The translations under genes and the position numbers were made by a program. DNA of 64,000 nucleotides from Nannocystis sp. (GTDB lineage: Bacteria > Myxococcota_A > Polyangia > Nannocystales > Nannocystaceae): positions 154,040-218,039 of the forward strand of contig NZ_JADJNN010000012.1 in assembly GCF_016714285.1 (NCBI RefSeq), given 5' to 3'. Below the pieces are notes generated by a model. That model saw only the letters and a program-made list of their open reading frames with translations, made no database searches and was not told where the DNA came from. Positions 61,732-64,000 of this stretch are shown here, piece after piece (the stretch's first letter is position 1; every line of letters begins with the position of its first letter).

Positions 61732-61753
61732 GGTGCTACCCTGCGCGGGCTCC

Positions 61754-63673
61754 ATGGCCGCCAGCTCCTCGCGCCCTGCACCTGCCGTCTCGTCCGGCGT
61801 CCCCCCGTCAGGCGGCCCGTCAGGCGGCTCGTCAGGACCTGTCCGTTCGGAGGCCGCGGAGGCGGTCGACACCGTCAAGCCCGTCGAGCGACTGCGCCGC
61901 GTGTTCCGCTACGCGCGGCCGTACCGCGGGCGCCTGACCATCGCCCTGGTCTGCCTCTTCATCGCCTCCGGCCTCGGCCTGGTCCACCCGTACTTCTTCG
62001 GTGAGCTCGCCGGCGCCGCCTTCACCAGCGGCGCCGTGACCGATCACAGCGCGGCCTACCGCGCGCTGGCCGAGAACTCCATCGCCCTGGTCCTGGTGTT
62101 CCTCGCCCAGGCCGTCTTCATCTTCTTTCGCCACTTCTACATGACCTGGATCGGCGAGCGGGTGGTCACCGACCTGCGCATCGACCTCTATCGCCACCTG
62201 GCGACGATGCCGCAGAGCTACTTCCACAGCACCCGCACCGGCGAGCTCATCTCCCGCCTCGCCGATGATGTCACCCGCCTGCAGAACACGGTCGGCCAGG
62301 ACCTCAGCATCTTCCTGCGCAACGTGCTGATGCTGATCGGCGGCGTGGCGATCCTGTTCTACATGAACTGGCTGCTGACCGCGGCGATGCTCGCCGTCGT
62401 GCCGGCGCTGATGATCGCCGCCAACTATTGGAGCCGCATCATCCGCGAGATCAGCCGCCAGGCCCAGGACGAGCTGGCCCGCGCCTCCGGGGCGCTGCAA
62501 GAGGGCCTGTCCGCCATCGAGACCGTCCAGGCCTTCACCCGCGAGCGCTTCGAGGTCGACCGCTACGGCGCCGCGCTCGAGCGCACCTTCGGTCTGTTCA
62601 TCCGCCGCACCCTGGCCCGCAGCTGGTTCGCGTCCGTGATCTCCTTCTTCGCCTTCGTCTCGATCGCCGGGGTGTTCTGGCTCGGCGGCAGCATGGTCAT
62701 CGAGGGCACGATCACGGCCAGCAACCTGATGAGCTTCCTGCTCTATACGCTGATCGTCGCCGGCGCCGTCGGTGCCCTCGCCGAGCTGTTCGGCGGCCTC
62801 CAGTCGACCTTCGGCGCGACCGCCCGCATCTTCGAGATCCTCGACACGCCGCCCGACATCGCCGACCCGCCCGCGCCGGTCGCCACGCCGGCATTGCGCG
62901 GCGCGATCGAGTTCGCCGGCGTCTCCTTCACCTACCGCGACCGCGAGGTCCCCGTGGTCCAGGGCATCGACCTGCGCGTCGAGCCCGGTGAGGTGTGCGC
63001 CCTGGTCGGCCCCAGCGGCTCCGGCAAGACCACCCTCGGCCGCCTCGTCCTGCGCTTCTGGGACCCGAGCGAGGGCAGCGTCCGCCTCGACGGCCACGAC
63101 CTGCGTACGCTCCGACTCGCCGACCTGCGCGGCGTGATGGCGATCGTCTCGCAGGACCCGGTGCTGTTCAGCGGGACGATCCGCGAGAACATCCGCTACG
63201 GCCGCCTCGACGCCAGCGACGCCGAGATCGAGGCCGCCGCGCGGGCGGCCAACGCCGACGGCTTCATCCGCGAATTCCCGGAGGGCTACGCCACCGTCGT
63301 CGGCGAGCGCGGCGTCAAGCTCAGCGGCGGCCAGCGCCAGCGCGTCTCGATCGCCCGCGCGATCCTCCGCGACCCGCGGGTGCTCATCCTCGACGAGGCC
63401 ACCTCGGCGCTCGACAGCCAGAGCGAGCACCTCGTGCAGGAGGCGCTGGAGAAGCTGCAGAAGGGCCGCACCACCCTCGTCATCGCCCACCGCCTCAGCA
63501 CCATCCGCGACGCCGATCGCATCGTCGTCCTCGACCACGGTCACATCGTTGAGGTCGGCCGCCACGAGGCCCTGATGGCCCAGCACGGCACCTACGCCCG
63601 CCTGGTCGCGCGCCAGGCCGCCGCCGCCGCGGACGAGATCACCAGCGCCAACGCCACCGTGGCGAGCGCCTGA
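61754..63673 (+). CDS. ABC exporter, fused permease/ATP-binding protein (MsbA-like type I exporter)
   Basis: It has six TM helices, then the NBD with Walker [10 protein letters not shown], the signature [14 protein letters not shown], Walker [13 protein letters not shown] and an H-loop. Confidence 0.8.
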   Translation: MAASSSRPAPAVSSGVPPSGGPSGGSSGPVRSEAAEAVDTVKPVERLRRVFRYARPYRGRLTIALVCLFIASGLGLVHPYFFGELAGAAFTSGAVTDHSAAYRALAENSIALVLVFLAQAVFIFFRHFYMTWIGERVVTDLRIDLYRHLATMPQSYFHSTRTGELISRLADDVTRLQNTVGQDLSIFLRNVLMLIGGVAILFYMNWLLTAAMLAVVPALMIAANYWSRIIREISRQAQDELARASGALQEGLSAIETVQAFTRERFEVDRYGAALERTFGLFIRRTLARSWFASVISFFAFVSIAGVFWLGGSMVIEGTITASNLMSFLLYTLIVAGAVGALAELFGGLQSTFGATARIFEILDTPPDIADPPAPVATPALRGAIEFAGVSFTYRDREVPVVQGIDLRVEPGEVCALVGPSGSGKTTLGRLVLRFWDPSEGSVRLDGHDLRTLRLADLRGVMAIVSQDPVLFSGTIRENIRYGRLDASDAEIEAAARAANADGFIREFPEGYATVVGERGVKLSGGQRQRVSIARAILRDPRVLILDEATSALDSQSEHLVQEALEKLQKGRTTLVIAHRLSTIRDADRIVVLDHGHIVEVGRHEALMAQHGTYARLVARQAAAAADEITSANATVASA

Positions 63674-63755
63674 CCCCCCGCGCGGACCCAGGCCCCCGTG
63701 CCTCTGGATCCGGCCTGGATCCGATCCTGGGGGGCGTGTTACTCCTCGCGCCACC

Positions 63756-64000
63756 ATGGCCAGCGCCGACGAGCCCCGCGAGAGCGAGCTGATGCAGAAG
63801 ATCGTGTCCCTGTGCAAGCGCAGGGGCTTCGTGTTCCAGAGCTCCGAGATCTACGGCGGCCTGCGCTCGGCATACGACTACGGCCCGATGGGCGTCGAGC
63901 TCAAGCGCAACCTGATGAGCGAGTGGTGGCGCTTCATGGTCCACAGCCGCGAGGACGTGGTCGGCATCGACGCGTCGATCATCATGCACCCCGACGTGTG
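63756..64000 (+). CDS. glyQS: glycine--tRNA ligase (dimeric GlyQS type), N-terminal fragment
   Basis: [53 protein letters not shown] matches the GlyRS N-terminus. The ORF continues past the window end. Confidence 0.7.
   Translation, partial: MASADEPRESELMQKIVSLCKRRGFVFQSSEIYGGLRSAYDYGPMGVELKRNLMSEWWRFMVHSREDVVGIDASIIMHPDV

Overview
This 64-kb window is a roughly 70% GC chromosomal stretch that most likely comes from a myxobacterium (Myxococcota). The evidence is a MYXO-CTERM sorting tail, two Hanks-type Ser/Thr kinases (one carrying a PEGA domain), an FHA/VWA protein, many lipobox lipoproteins, and Ala/Arg/Pro-rich codon usage that produces long spurious antisense ORFs. All calls rest on reading the supplied ORF translations and the DNA by eye, with no database search. 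Most of the content is housekeeping: ffh, rseP-tsaB, bioA, gpsA, hemW, the hrcA-grpE-dnaK-dnaJ heat-shock operon, ribH-nusB, xerC/D, an ABC exporter and the 5' end of glyQS. These are interleaved with secreted/lipoprotein accessory genes (S46 peptidase, PHP phosphoesterase, PA14, EGF/LDLa-like, TSP3-like, M23 peptidase). Two regulatory islands are worth a closer look. The first (47.1-57.4 kb) is a tightly coupled, ten-gene chemosensory operon: cheY-cheA-cheW-cheW-pseudoreceiver-HEAT-cheR-cheB-GAF-cheY. It contains no MCP and resembles the Myxococcus Che7/Cpc7-type non-motility chemosensory system. The second (20.3-26.0 kb) is a sigma54 enhancer-binding regulator followed by a TPR/TM protein with an H-box, a stand-alone GHKL ATPase in another frame, and an atypical receiver. 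This is either a split or a frameshifted sensor kinase. Structural oddities include a tandem triplication of the dnaK-stop/dnaJ-start junction that creates two chimeric mini-ORFs, a 79-bp tandem duplication of the tsaB 3' end, several short tandem repeat arrays, recurring CTGTCCC..GGGACAG hairpins downstream of genes, and pervasive ATGA/TGATG start-stop overlaps.
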